The translations under genes were made by a program, and so were the position numbers. The notes below the pieces were generated by a model. The model did not search any database. It had not been told where the DNA came from and saw only the letters and a program-made list of their open reading frames with translations. DNA of 64,000 nt from an uncultured delta proteobacterium (GTDB taxonomy: Bacteria; Myxococcota_A; Polyangia; Polyangiales; B10-G4), in NCBI GenBank assembly GCA_963727445.1, contig CAVSGI010000012.1, positions 160,001 to 224,000 on the forward strand. The letters are read 5' to 3'. Position 1 is the first letter of the stretch. Every line of letters begins with the position of its first letter. Positions 51,235-61,445 of this stretch are shown here, in pieces.

Positions 51235-53075
51235 ATGCGGTAGGGGAAGCTGACCTGGAAGGTCGGCCGGCGGAAGCGGGGGAACTGCGCGCCACGCACC
51301 GCGCGGGCGACACAGGAGCCGATCGGTGTTCCGGCGAACTGCCCGGTGACCCGCGCGTTGGAGACGCGGCCGTTCGAGCCGGAGACGGTGATGGTGGTGT
51401 TCGCCACGCCGTGCTGGCCGTTGCCGCAGCGACCGACGGCGCCCTGCACCGAGCGGAGCGCGCGGAGCACGCCGTCGCGGGGCGGGCTATCCGGGAGGTT
51501 GCCGCCGCCGCCGCTGCTCTCGGCCTGCATGGGCGCTGCCATCATACCGCCTCCGCCGAGGGCCGCGTTGAGGAGGTCGTCGATGTCACCGCCGCCACCC
51601 GAGCTCATGGTGGCCGGCGCCGCTGCGGGGGTGGGATCGGGGTTCGAGCTGCCGCTGGAGCTGCTCGACGAGCCGCCGCTGCTGCGTCGACGACGGCTGC
51701 GATGGCTCGAGCCGGAGGAGGAGCCGCTCGACCCCTCGTCGGCGCTGTCCTCGCCCTCGTCGCTGCTCTCGTCGCTCGTGCCCTGATCGTCGCTGCCGGT
51801 GTTGGCCGCGGCTTCGCTTCCACCCGCGGCGGTTCCGCTCTCGGTGGTGGTGGCCGGCGTGTCACCGGTCGCCGTGCCCTCGCCCGCGGCGATGGCACCC
51901 GTGCCCGTGGAGCTGCCCGCCATCGCGACCGGCTCCGGCTCTGCGGTGACCAGAACGATGATGACCGCGGCAGCCGCCAGCGCGACGACACCACCCACCG
52001 CCGAGATGGCGATGATGAGGCCCTTGTTGTTCTTCTCTTCGACCACCGGCGCGAGCACCGGCGCGCCGAGGCCGCTCGAAAGGGGCGACCCGGTGCCGAT
52101 GCTGAGCAGGTCGTCGACGTTCTCGTTGCCGCCACCGGACGATCCGCCCGCCGGCGCAGCCGCACCACCGCCGCCGCCGGCGACGCCGGTCGCACTGGCG
52201 AGCGCGCGGATGTCGATCAGGCCCGAGCCTTCGCCCGACGCATGGCCGGGCTTGGCAGAGCCAGAGCTCGAGCTCGCGCTGGACATGCTCGGTGCCGGCG
52301 AGCCGCCGCCACCGGGCCCGCCCGTGGCGAGCGCCTGCAGGTTCTGCAGCGAGAAGAGAACCGAGTTCTCGTTTCGCTGGCCGGTCATCGCCTGCTCCTG
52401 ACTCACGCGCGGACCGGGGGAGCTGGCCACGACGTCGTCGTCACCGCCGCCCTCGAAGGGGCTCGCGCCCGCGTCGGCTTGCGCGAAGAGATCCGCTCCG
52501 CCGCCCGCGCCGCCGCCAGCCGCGAATGCATCATCGCCACCGCCGCCGAAGCCGGGATCCGCCGCTGCGGCGAAGAGTCCGTCCTGGGCCTGACCGCCGC
52601 CCATGTCGGCGCCGATGTCGCCGCCCATGCCACCGCCACCCGCGAAGGGATCGCCGCCCATGTCGGCCGGGGCTGCGGCCGCGGCTGCTGGTGCGGCTCC
52701 TTCCTGAGGCTGACCGGTGATCGCTTCGACGAGCTCGGGCACGTCGCGCGCGGCGAGCCAGTTGTCGAAGCCTTCACGCCAGACGTAGACCTCCCAGTCG
52801 ATCGTTCCGGCCGTCAGCATTTCGCCGAGCTGCACTGGCGCAAAAGGACCCTGCTGGTCGCCGTTCACGACGACGTGCCACACGGCCTCCGGGCTCTCGT
52901 CACCGTAGTCGTAGAGCGCGGTTGCTTCTTCCTGCTGCTCAGGCTGATCGAGCTGGTCGCCTCGAACGACGATGACCTCGCTGCATTTCTTGCAGCGGAT
53001 CTTGAAAACCTTCCCGGCGACCTTCTCGTCGGCGATCGAGTATTTGGCGCTGCAACTGTCGCAGACGATCTTCAT
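51231..53075 (-). CDS. Zinc-ribbon + GYF domain membrane protein (AgmX/GltJ-like)
   Basis: MKIVCDSC...RCKKC, WHVVVNGDQQGPF...VWREGFDNW, RNENSVLFSL, SGLIDIRALA, TonB-C-like C-terminus. Confidence 0.85.
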   Translation of the reverse strand: MKIVCDSCSAKYSIADEKVAGKVFKIRCKKCSEVIVVRGDQLDQPEQQEEATALYDYGDESPEAVWHVVVNGDQQGPFAPVQLGEMLTAGTIDWEVYVWREGFDNWLAARDVPELVEAITGQPQEGAAPAAAAAAPADMGGDPFAGGGGMGGDIGADMGGGQAQDGLFAAAADPGFGGGGDDAFAAGGGAGGGADLFAQADAGASPFEGGGDDDVVASSPGPRVSQEQAMTGQRNENSVLFSLQNLQALATGGPGGGGSPAPSMSSASSSSGSAKPGHASGEGSGLIDIRALASATGVAGGGGGAAAPAGGSSGGGNENVDDLLSIGTGSPLSSGLGAPVLAPVVEEKNNKGLIIAISAVGGVVALAAAAVIIVLVTAEPEPVAMAGSSTGTGAIAAGEGTATGDTPATTTESGTAAGGSEAAANTGSDDQGTSDESSDEGEDSADEGSSGSSSGSSHRSRRRRSSGGSSSSSSGSSNPDPTPAAAPATMSSGGGGDIDDLLNAALGGGGMMAAPMQAESSGGGGNLPDSPPRDGVLRALRSVQGAVGRCGNGQHGVANTTITVSGSNGRVSNARVTGQFAGTPIGSCVARAVRGAQFPRFRRPTFQVSFPYRI

Positions 53076-53244
53076 GCGTTCTGACCTCGATAGGGGGGTG
53101 ATGCAGGAGGCAGGGCCTTTAGAAACCAGAAACCCTTTTCGACCCGCGATGATAGCCGTCGCGCGGCTCGGCGATCAAGAATCGCATTTGGACCTCGTGA
53201 CCGCGTTCTTTGCCTTGGACACGGGACCAGGGGGGCCCTTGGGC

Positions 53245-54825
53245 TCAATCGCGAGCCGCGCGGGTCGGGGGGCCGGATCCCCAATTCACCACCACCAGCT
53301 CGGCTCCATCCTTGCCACAGAAGGTCACCTGACGGCCGTAGCGCTCTCCACAGGTGGGGCAGATCTTGCCTCCTTCCTGCGCTTCCTGGTGGCGTTTGAC
53401 GAAGAGAGCATAGGGAATGAGCTCGTCGCCGTCGCTGGGGCAGCGGGTGGTCCCTGCGCCGAAGCCACGTCGACATGTAGGACAAATCAGCGCCTGCCCC
53501 ATGGGCGGCTCGGATCGCGGACCCAGCTGCGCTCCATCCTCGGGGCAGAACGTCACGGAGGGGTCGTCGAACTCGCGATGACACACGGGGCAGCTCCGTG
53601 GGATGGCGAGGCGTTGGGCGGAGTCGAGGGCCGGATCTTCGGCGCTGGCCACCGGTGGGGCGGCCGCCGGACCTTCCTCGTTCGGCGCGGGCGAAGGCGC
53701 GGGCGCCGGCTGCTTGCCGCCGCGACGGGCGACGACGAGGACCACCACGCCCAAGAGGAGCGCCAACACCACGATGGCGCCGATCACGAAGGGGAGGATC
53801 GAGCGCTCCTCATCCGTCGACTCCTCGGCGCGCGCGGAGACTCCCGCCGCCGACTCGGCGGTGATCTCGAAGTCCTCGTCGACGGTCTGCGTCACGCCGA
53901 CCGTCGCGCGGCGCGCGATCAGGTCCGACAGATCCGCGGTGCGCACCACCACGCTCGCTTCGGCTCGCAGCGAGCCGGCGGAGGCCCGCACCTCGAACTC
54001 GCCCTCCGCTTCGGCCGCGTTTTCTGCGGCGGTGAAGAGACCGTCGTCGATGGTGGCGTTCGCTCCTTCGGGCTCGGAGAGCGTCAAGCGAACGTGCTGC
54101 CCACGCACCGGGCAGCCCGCGGCGTCGACCACGCGCGCGGAGAAGCGCACCTGTCCGCCCGGCTCGACCTCGGCTTCGGACGGGCGCAGTCGAATGCGCG
54201 CGGGCTCGCCGGGCGTGCAGCTCGGCTGCTCCGGCGTCGGTTGCTCCGGCGTCGGCGTCGCTGCCGCGCCCACGCGACTGAAGCGTTGCGTGACCGTCAT
54301 GCGCGCCTTGCAACGCGACTCGTTCAGCTGCCAGTCGTAGTCGCTGACCTCGCGATAGTTGAGCGTGTCGGTGCCGCTGGCGGTGAGCGTGTACGTACCG
54401 GTTTCAGCGCGCGGGTCGTCGGGCCGCGTGCGACAGACCACGCGCCAGCGACCATCCTCGGCCGTGCTGGACACTCGGCGCACCATGCGGTTTTCGCTCC
54501 AGCACGCGTCGGTGCGTCGCACCGGCGTTCCGTTGAACACCAGCTGGTCGCCGGCCTCGGAGATGCGCACGCTGCCGGTGGCTTCGCCCGTGTGGCTCTG
54601 CGGCCTGGGCCCGCAGTCCTGCCCCCAGCTCTCGATGCTCACCTGCATGCGCACCGGGCCGCCGCGCCACGTCCCCTCGTAACCTTGCGCGCTCGCCGCG
54701 GTCCCAAAGAGCGAGAGGGCGAGCATGACGACGAGGCTCTGGCCGGCTCGGCGTGCGCGTCCGCTTCGGGTCGGAGGCCGGCTCACCTCCCCGGCCCCTC
54801 CCTGCGACCCGAATCGAACACGCAT
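53245..54825 (-). CDS. Single-pass membrane protein with an extracellular Ig-like region and three cytoplasmic zinc ribbons
   Basis: Signal ASA-Q, TM helix, CPVC..CPED, CPTC..CPSD, CPTC..CGKD. Confidence 0.75.
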   Translation of the reverse strand: MRVRFGSQGGAGEVSRPPTRSGRARRAGQSLVVMLALSLFGTAASAQGYEGTWRGGPVRMQVSIESWGQDCGPRPQSHTGEATGSVRISEAGDQLVFNGTPVRRTDACWSENRMVRRVSSTAEDGRWRVVCRTRPDDPRAETGTYTLTASGTDTLNYREVSDYDWQLNESRCKARMTVTQRFSRVGAAATPTPEQPTPEQPSCTPGEPARIRLRPSEAEVEPGGQVRFSARVVDAAGCPVRGQHVRLTLSEPEGANATIDDGLFTAAENAAEAEGEFEVRASAGSLRAEASVVVRTADLSDLIARRATVGVTQTVDEDFEITAESAAGVSARAEESTDEERSILPFVIGAIVVLALLLGVVVLVVARRGGKQPAPAPSPAPNEEGPAAAPPVASAEDPALDSAQRLAIPRSCPVCHREFDDPSVTFCPEDGAQLGPRSEPPMGQALICPTCRRGFGAGTTRCPSDGDELIPYALFVKRHQEAQEGGKICPTCGERYGRQVTFCGKDGAELVVVNWGSGPPTRAARD

Positions 54826-54862
54826 GGCGCGGTACTATACCCCCCCGGGCGACCGAGGTGGG

Positions 54863-55832
54863 TCAGGCCAGCTTTTTCACTTCGGCGGTCAAGGCGGGGA
54901 CCACGTCGAAGAGGTCGGCGACGAGGAAGTAGTCCGCGACCTGAGCGATCGGCGCTTCCTTGTCCTTGTTGATGGCGACGATGGTCTTGCTGCCCTTCAT
55001 CCCGGCGAGGTGCTGGATGGCACCGCTGATGCCGACCGCGATGTAGAGCTTGGGGGCCACGACCTTGCCCGTCTGGCCGACCTGCAGGTCGCTCGGCGAC
55101 GTAGCCGGCATCGCAGGCCGCGCGCGAAGCGCCCATGGCCGCACCCAGCGCGTCGACGAGGGGCTCGAGCACGTTCTGGAAGTTCTCGGCGCTCTTCAGC
55201 GCGCGACCACCGGAGACGACGATGTCGGCCTCGGTCAGGTCGGGACGCTCGCTCTTGACCGCGTCGAGAGAGACGAACTCGATGCGCTCCGCCGCCGGAT
55301 CGGCGACCACCGCGAGCTCCTCGATCGGGCTCGAGCCGCCGGGCGCGTCGCCCGCCTCGAACTCGCTCTGGCGGACGCTGACCACGTGCACGTCGGTGGA
55401 GAGCGTCACGTCACCGAGGAGGTTGCCGGCGTACATCGAGCGCCGGTACTTGCGCGAGTCGCCCGACGACCTCGACGCCGATGATGTCGGACGCGATGCC
55501 AGCGCCGAGCTTGGCAGCGACGCGCGGCAACAGATCCTTGCCGTAATAGGTCGCGCCTGCCGTGACCACCTGATAGCCGCCCTTCTTGGCGGCTTCGGCG
55601 ACCGTGGCCGCGTACTTCTCGGCGAGATAACCACCGGCGATCTCGGCGGTGAGGAGCTTGCGCGCGCCCCATCCCGCGAGGCCCTTGGCGGCGCCGGCCG
55701 CACCCTCGCCGATGACGAGGATGTCGAAAGCGCCACCCTGCGGCGACCTGATTGGCGAAGGCGATCGCTGCGAGGGTGGACTTCCTGCGCCTCGCCTTCG
55801 GAGAGCTCAGCTACGACTAGAACGTCTGTCAT
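54863..55832 (-). CDS. etfA: Electron transfer flavoprotein alpha subunit (about 4 single-base indels)
   Basis: [43 protein letters not shown] and [25 protein letters not shown], spread across frames. Confidence 0.93.
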
Positions 55833-55854
55833 TTCTATTCTCCTCGCTCTCCGC

Positions 55855-56691
55855 TCAGATGACCTTGGCTTCGGTGTGGAGCTTCTGCACGAGCTCCTCG
55901 ACCGACTCCACGAAATCCGTGTTCCCGGAGCGCGCCGGCGGCGTCGCGAACCTGGAGTAGCTGCTGGTGGTGGTGGTGTCGATGCCGAGGTCGTCGAGCT
56001 TCTTGGTGTCGACCGGCTTCTTCTTCGCCTGCATGATGCCCTTGAGCGACGCATAGCGGCCGCTGTCCGACTCGGGGTAGGCGTGGTCGTCCGGCGTGAC
56101 GCCGTTCTTCACCGCGGTGGGCGTGACGATGCGGTCGGTGACCGTGATCACCGCCGGCGTGGTGACGCGCTGCACGATGACGCCGCCATCGGCCTCGCGA
56201 CGGACGAGGAGCTTGCCGTCGCCCTCGACCTGAATCGACATGGCGCCGGTGCTGCAGGGCCAGCCGAGGAGCTCGGCGAGCATCGGGCCGACCGCGCCCG
56301 ACTCGCCGTCCGCCGACTGCTTGCCCATGATCACCAGGTCCGGGCTCTCGCCGTCGGCGATGGCCTTCAGCCCACGCGCGACGACCCAGCTGTCGAGCTC
56401 GTCTTCGTCGCACTCGACGAGGACGCCGCGGTCGGCGCCCATGGCGAGGAACTGACGGAGCTGCTGCACCGCGTCCGACGCTCCGAAGGTGGCGACGGCG
56501 ATCTCGCCGAGCTTCTCACCGGAAGAGGCGTTCTCGTTCAGACGCAGCGCCGTCTCCACGGCCCAGTCGTCGAAGGGGTTCGGCTTCCACTCGAGACCTT
56601 CGGTGCTGACCGAGGATCCGTCGGGGGAGACCTTCACCTTGTTGGCGTTGTCCGGGTCGCTGACCCGCTTACAGGGGACGAGGATTTTCAA
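55855..56691 (-). CDS. etfB: Electron transfer flavoprotein beta subunit
   Basis: KILVPCKRVSD, NPFD, LAMGADRG, GKQSAD, RYASLKGIMQAKKK. Confidence 0.96.
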   Translation of the reverse strand: MKILVPCKRVSDPDNANKVKVSPDGSSVSTEGLEWKPNPFDDWAVETALRLNENASSGEKLGEIAVATFGASDAVQQLRQFLAMGADRGVLVECDEDELDSWVVARGLKAIADGESPDLVIMGKQSADGESGAVGPMLAELLGWPCSTGAMSIQVEGDGKLLVRREADGGVIVQRVTTPAVITVTDRIVTPTAVKNGVTPDDHAYPESDSGRYASLKGIMQAKKKPVDTKKLDDLGIDTTTTSSYSRFATPPARSGNTDFVESVEELVQKLHTEAKVI

Positions 56692-56749
56692 CGTTTCCTC
56701 CAAATGGGGATGCTTGTGGCGGCGGATTTAGAGGTGCTGACGCGCCGTG

Positions 56750-57382
56750 TCAACGAGCCTGCTCACGCGAGAGCACACCTTCGAGGAAGAGCGATGCATA
56801 CTGGTGCGCCGCCTTCCGGAGCTTGGTCGGGTCCGGGTCCGTGAGGGCCCAGGTGAGCGCGATGCCGTCGAGGCCGCCCCAGAGCGCGCGCGCCGCGATC
56901 TTCGGGTTCAGGTCCGCACGGAAGGTGCCGGCCTTCTGGCCGTTCGCGATCACCGTGCCGATGACGTCGAGGTACTCGCGGAAGAGGGGCACCGCGTACT
57001 GCTTCAAGAGCGACGACGACTGGCGCAGGTTCACGGTGACGACCTCGGCGAGGTCGCGCTGTCCTTCGAGAAGCCCGAGCTGCAGCTCGACGATGCGCCG
57101 GATCTGCTCCTCGAAGGAGTCGGCCTCGGCGATCTTCTCCTTGAGCACCTCGACGAGCTGGCCGATCCGGTCCTGGAAGATGCTCACCAGGACGTCCTCT
57201 TTGTTCTCGAAGTAGAGGTAGATCGTGCCGTCGGCGACGCTGGCGGCCTTGGCGATCTCGCTCACCCGGGTCGCGTAGAAGCCCTTCTGAGCGAAGACCG
57301 AGATGGCCGCTGCGAGGATGCGCTCGCGCTTGTCGCCATCCTTGCCCCGCTTCTTGCTGAATGACCGTTCATTCTGCGGCAC
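56750..57382 (-). CDS. TetR/AcrR-family regulator (FadR-like), upstream of etfBA
   Basis: ILAAAISVFAQKGFYATRVSEIAKAASVADGTIYLYFENKED. Confidence 0.93.
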   Translation of the reverse strand: MPQNERSFSKKRGKDGDKRERILAAAISVFAQKGFYATRVSEIAKAASVADGTIYLYFENKEDVLVSIFQDRIGQLVEVLKEKIAEADSFEEQIRRIVELQLGLLEGQRDLAEVVTVNLRQSSSLLKQYAVPLFREYLDVIGTVIANGQKAGTFRADLNPKIAARALWGGLDGIALTWALTDPDPTKLRKAAHQYASLFLEGVLSREQAR

Positions 57383-57414
57383 GCGGGAGGGCTAGCACGC
57401 CCCTCGTCGAACGG

Positions 57415-59925
57415 TCAATGCGGCCGGCCGATGGCGAAGGCCGGTGGGCCGAAACCGCCGAGCTCGACGCTCTCGTGGATGGGGCCGAAGAGGCGGACGC
57501 GGGTTTGCTCGGCGGCGGCGACGGCGGGGTCGGCCGCCGCCCAGCGTCCCGCCCTGTGCGCGTTCGCCACCATCTCGGCGACGCGCGCCTGATCGGTGGC
57601 GACGACGGCGCCGCGCACGCGCTCGGGCACGGAGCTCAGGAGCTCTTCGGGTACGAAGGCGTCAACGACGATCCAGGTCGCGTCCTTGCTGCTCCCAGCA
57701 TGAAGACCCGAGACGCGCACCTGACCGCTGCGCGTGAGCGCGCGGCCCATTTCGGCGGCGAAGGCCTCGGCGGCGAGGGTGCTCGGGCGCGTGGGCCCGC
57801 GGGCGAGCATCGCCACCACCACGCGCGGCTCCGGCGAATCCGAGGCGAAGGCGACGATCGCTTCCGGGTCGACGGGGGCGAGGGGAGGCGGCGGCTCCGG
57901 GGACGTGCCCGCGGGAAGCTCCGCGAGGCGGCGCGCCGCGCGCGCGACGACCGAAGCGACGTCGACGTTGCCGACGATCGCGACGCTGACCCGCGCGCCG
58001 ACGCGGGACGCTTCGACCTCGCGAACGATCGCCTCGAAGCTCACGCTCTGGATCGTTCCCACCGAGCCGAGCGGGGCGATCAGTCCCGGCGCGTCGGGGG
58101 CGAGGGCCAGGGCAGCGGCGCTCTGGATCGGATCGACGCGCGCGACGGCGCGCAGGCGGGCTTCGACCACGTCGCTGCGATCGGTGGAGGGCGCGAGACC
58201 GCAGGTGAGCCCGAGGTCGATGAGCGCGTCGGTGTGGGCGCGCGGACCGCTCAACACCACGCCGTGGCTGTCCGCATCGACCAGCGGCGAGATGTCGGCG
58301 CCGAGGGTGCGCAGATGCTCGCGGAGCGCGTCCGGTCCGAGCCCGCCGCAGCTGGTCGCCGAGAGCTCGGCGAGGAGCGCCGCGCGCCCGTGTAGCGCGG
58401 GCGGGTCCGATGCGCCTCCGCCGGTGAAGCGCACCGCGACGGCGACGTCCGAGTCGGCGGGGCGGCGCACGACGTCGAGGCGCGCCCCGTTGTCGGTGAC
58501 CGTGAGCGCGGCGGCCTCGGCGCTCATCTCGCCGCCGAGCGCAGGCGCGAGCGCCGCCCAGGCGCGGTCGGCGGCCTGGGTCAGGTGTTGGACGGCGCGT
58601 GTCCGCACAGGCTCGTCCGGGTCGTCCTCGGAGACCCAATCCCCGCGCCCGCCGGCCACGATGGCGCCCACGCCGATGGCAAAGCTCAGCACCTCGTCGG
58701 GCGAGGTGTCGTCGAGGCGAAGCACGGGGGAGGGGGCGCTCCCGCTCTCGTTCCCGTTCGCGTTCCCGTTCGCGCTCCCGCTCCCGCTCCCGTTCGCGCT
58801 CCCGTTCCCGTTCGCGCTCCCGTTCGCGTCCCCGTTCCCGGATCCATCGCCGAATCCATCGCCGCTCCAACCCCCACTCCCCAGCCCGCTTCCGATCCAC
58901 GTGTTGCCCATCACCATCGCCGCTTCCCGCGGGTCGGTGGGCAGCGGGAGTGGGGCGGATGCGGGGGCTTCGAGGGCGGCGCGGCCGAGGGCAGCGACCA
59001 GGAGGCGGCCGGCCTTCGCGGGACGAACACCCGCGAGGCGGGCGATCACCATGCCGCCGCCGCGGACGCTGAAGCCGTTGGCCTCGAGCTGGGGTCCAGA
59101 CGCCGATTGAAACGCGGGGTCGCTCGCGACGGCGCGCGCGATCGCGGCGGCCCGTCCGACGTCGCTCGCCATCAGCGCGGCGCTCGTCACCGTCAGGTCG
59201 CCCACGTCCACCCGCACGCCGACGCCGGGCTCGGTCTCGAGCACGCGCGTGGCACGCGGCGCGCGCGCCGCGGGTGCCCCCGTGAACGCGTCGCGGAGCG
59301 CATCGCGAAGCGCGTCGCCCGTCACGTCTCCCGCCGCCACCAGGAGCGCGCGCGAGGGGCCGTAGTGGTCGGCCTGGAAGTCCGCGATCGCGCGCTCGCT
59401 GATCGCGTCGTCGTCTTCGGCCTCGCCGAGCGGGGCAAACCCCTCCGCGTCCTCACGGAGCAGCGCGCGGAGCGCGAGGAGGTCGGCGGCCCGGCGCTCG
59501 TCCGTATGGGCCCCTCGGCGCGCGGCCACCAGGCGTGCGGCCAGCGCTTCGAGGGTCACCTCATCGCCCAGGCCGCGGGCTCGAAGCGCCTTCGAAAGGG
59601 TGGTCATGCATTCAGCCAGCTGCTCGGAATCGCAGGAGAGCTCGAAGACCGTGCCGTCCGGAAGCACCCGCGGCGCCAGGCCCTCGCCCGCGGCCCAGGC
59701 TGCCAGCGTCGCGAGCTGCGGCACCTGGGCGTCTCTGGCGCCTGCGTCGATGAAGAGCGAGAGGTGCACGAGCCCCGGCGTGCTCCGCGGAATGGTCGCC
59801 AGTCGCACCCCGGCGATGGTCTCGAAGGTCATCTCGGGCGCCGGTACGGGGGCGGTCGTCTGCTGCGTTCCACCGCAGGCGACGAGGAGCGCGCACAGCG
59901 CCCCACCGATGTCGCGCCGCTTCAT
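57415..59925 (-). CDS. M16 peptidase-like (insulinase fold) lipoprotein, apparently non-catalytic
   Basis: Lipobox LVAC; FQADHYGPSRALLVAAGDV and VSVAIVGNVD M16-type motifs; no HxxEH seen. Confidence 0.7.
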   Translation of the reverse strand: MKRRDIGGALCALLVACGGTQQTTAPVPAPEMTFETIAGVRLATIPRSTPGLVHLSLFIDAGARDAQVPQLATLAAWAAGEGLAPRVLPDGTVFELSCDSEQLAECMTTLSKALRARGLGDEVTLEALAARLVAARRGAHTDERRAADLLALRALLREDAEGFAPLGEAEDDDAISERAIADFQADHYGPSRALLVAAGDVTGDALRDALRDAFTGAPAARAPRATRVLETEPGVGVRVDVGDLTVTSAALMASDVGRAAAIARAVASDPAFQSASGPQLEANGFSVRGGGMVIARLAGVRPAKAGRLLVAALGRAALEAPASAPLPLPTDPREAAMVMGNTWIGSGLGSGGWSGDGFGDGSGNGDANGSANGNGSANGSGSGSANGNANGNESGSAPSPVLRLDDTSPDEVLSFAIGVGAIVAGGRGDWVSEDDPDEPVRTRAVQHLTQAADRAWAALAPALGGEMSAEAAALTVTDNGARLDVVRRPADSDVAVAVRFTGGGASDPPALHGRAALLAELSATSCGGLGPDALREHLRTLGADISPLVDADSHGVVLSGPRAHTDALIDLGLTCGLAPSTDRSDVVEARLRAVARVDPIQSAAALALAPDAPGLIAPLGSVGTIQSVSFEAIVREVEASRVGARVSVAIVGNVDVASVVARAARRLAELPAGTSPEPPPPLAPVDPEAIVAFASDSPEPRVVVAMLARGPTRPSTLAAEAFAAEMGRALTRSGQVRVSGLHAGSSKDATWIVVDAFVPEELLSSVPERVRGAVVATDQARVAEMVANAHRAGRWAAADPAVAAAEQTRVRLFGPIHESVELGGFGPPAFAIGRPH
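58738..58840. repeat. Degenerate hexamer repeat (TTCSCG/CTCCCG)n inside the M16-like CDS
   Basis: Encodes GNGDANGSANGNGSANGSGSGSANGNANGN. Confidence 0.85.
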
Positions 59926-60515
59926 GACGGCGGCTCCGTGCCGCGGACCAGGCGGCCGATGTTCCCTGCGTGCCTCAGCACGATCATCGCGAGGAGCGCA
60001 TACGCCATGATGGCGCGCGGGCCGAGGGCGCCGAGGAGCGCCACCGTCACGACGACGCCGAGGGTGGAGCCGAGGAGCGAGCCGACGCTCGCGCGCCGCG
60101 TCACCTTCTTGCCCAGGAGGTATCCGAGCGCTCCAGCGGCGCCGGCCCAGGGAACCGCGGCGAGGAGGACACCCGCGCTCGTGGCCGCACCCTTGCCGCC
60201 GCGGAAGCCATGCCAGATCGGCGCGAGGTGTCCGAGAACCGCGGCGACGCCCGTGGCTGCCGTGAACCCATCGTCGGGTCCGAGGATCAGCCGCGCCCCC
60301 ATCACTGGCGCGAAGCCCTTCAGCGCATCGAGGAGGAGCACCACCCGTCCCGTCTTCTTGCCCAGCACCCGTCCCACATTGGTCGCACCGATGTTGCCGC
60401 TGCCCGACCCGCGGATGTCCTCACCCGCCCGCTTCGCGGCGATGAGCCCGAAGGACACCGAGCCGAGCAGGTAGCCCACCACCACGAAGAGGATGCCGAT
60501 GACCATCGGGGACAT
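59922..60515 (-). CDS. plsY: Glycerol-3-phosphate acyltransferase PlsY
   Basis: YLLGS, GSGNIGATNVGR, DALKG, GH..P...FRGGKGAAT, RHAGNIGRL. Confidence 0.95.
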   Translation of the reverse strand: MSPMVIGILFVVVGYLLGSVSFGLIAAKRAGEDIRGSGSGNIGATNVGRVLGKKTGRVVLLLDALKGFAPVMGARLILGPDDGFTAATGVAAVLGHLAPIWHGFRGGKGAATSAGVLLAAVPWAGAAGALGYLLGKKVTRRASVGSLLGSTLGVVVTVALLGALGPRAIMAYALLAMIVLRHAGNIGRLVRGTEPPS

Positions 60516-60568
60516 CGGGCGCGCAGCATACTTGGGGACGCGGCGACAGCTATCCTACACTTGCCTAC

Positions 60569-60949
60569 ATGTCAGGCGAACGCCGTCGAGAAGACCGAAT
60601 CCCCGTGGGTTTCTATGTGAAGCAGATGGTGGATGGAGAGCCCCACCGCTGCTTCACCACCAACCTCAGCACCCGCGGGATCTTCCTGGAGCAGGTTCTC
60701 AGCCCCATGGAGCGCTTCTCCGACGTGGTGCAGATCGAGGTCCCCCTCCCGGGCCTGAACGACTCCCTATGGACCCGGGGCGAGGTCGTCTACGACCGCT
60801 TCGAGCGCCTCTTCCACGGCACAGCCATCCGCTTCACCGGCATGGCCAACAAGCACCGCCGCCTCCTGCGCAGCTGGCTCCGCGAGACCTCGCGCGCGCA
60901 CAGCAACTCCTTGGTGTGTGAGAACGGGGTGTGGATTCAGCGGCCGTGA
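60569..60949 (+). CDS. PilZ domain protein
   Basis: ERRREDR (RxxxR) and NLSTRG (D/NxSxxG) motifs. Confidence 0.88.
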   Translation: MSGERRREDRIPVGFYVKQMVDGEPHRCFTTNLSTRGIFLEQVLSPMERFSDVVQIEVPLPGLNDSLWTRGEVVYDRFERLFHGTAIRFTGMANKHRRLLRSWLRETSRAHSNSLVCENGVWIQRP

Positions 60950-61033
60950 GCGGTGACACCGTGTGCGCACAGCAACTCCTTGGTGTGTGAGAGCGGGGTG
61001 TGGAGTCAACGGCCGTGAGCCGTGACGCCGTGC
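60896..61033. repeat. Tandem 69-bp duplication of the PilZ gene 3' end
   Basis: GCGCACAGCAACTCCTTGGTGTGTGAGA.CGGGGTGTGGA at 60896 and 60965. Confidence 0.92.
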
Positions 61034-61063
61034 GTTGGTGACGCGCCGCGTTGGCGCTGGCGG

Positions 61064-61445
61064 TCGCGTTCGTGTTCGCGAGTCCGTTCGCGTTCGCGTT
61101 CGCGAGTCCGTTCGCGTTCGCGTTCGCGTTCGCGCTTCCATTCGCGTTCGTTCGCGTTCTGGTTCGCGAGCCGGTTCTCGTTCCGTCCTCGCGAGCCGGT
61201 TCTCGTTTCGCGCTCGCGAGCCCGTTCTCGTTTCGCCCTCGCGAGCCGGTTCTCGTTTCGCCCTCGCCTGCCCGTTTCGCGCTTCCGCTCGCGTTCGCGT
61301 GCCCGTTTCGTGTCCGTTGGCGTTTCGCCCTCCCGTTCCCGTTCGCGTCCGTTCGCGTCTCGCTCTCCCTGTTCGCGTTCGCGTCCCCGTTCGCGTTCGC
61401 GCGCGCGTTCGCGCGCCCGTTCGCGTTCCCGTTGGCGTTCGCGTG
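61064..61445. repeat. Degenerate (TTCGCG)n microsatellite with four embedded 25-bp repeats (~61164-61265)
   Basis: GTTCGCGTTCGC runs; TCGCGAGCCGGTTCTCGTTTCGCCC-like units. Confidence 0.9.

Noticed and set aside
54863..55832. etfA pseudogene
   Set aside because: All motifs are intact across frames and etfB and the TetR gene are intact; indel errors are more likely.
60896..61033. attL/attR of an integrated element
   Set aside because: The two copies are directly adjacent and no integrase is present.
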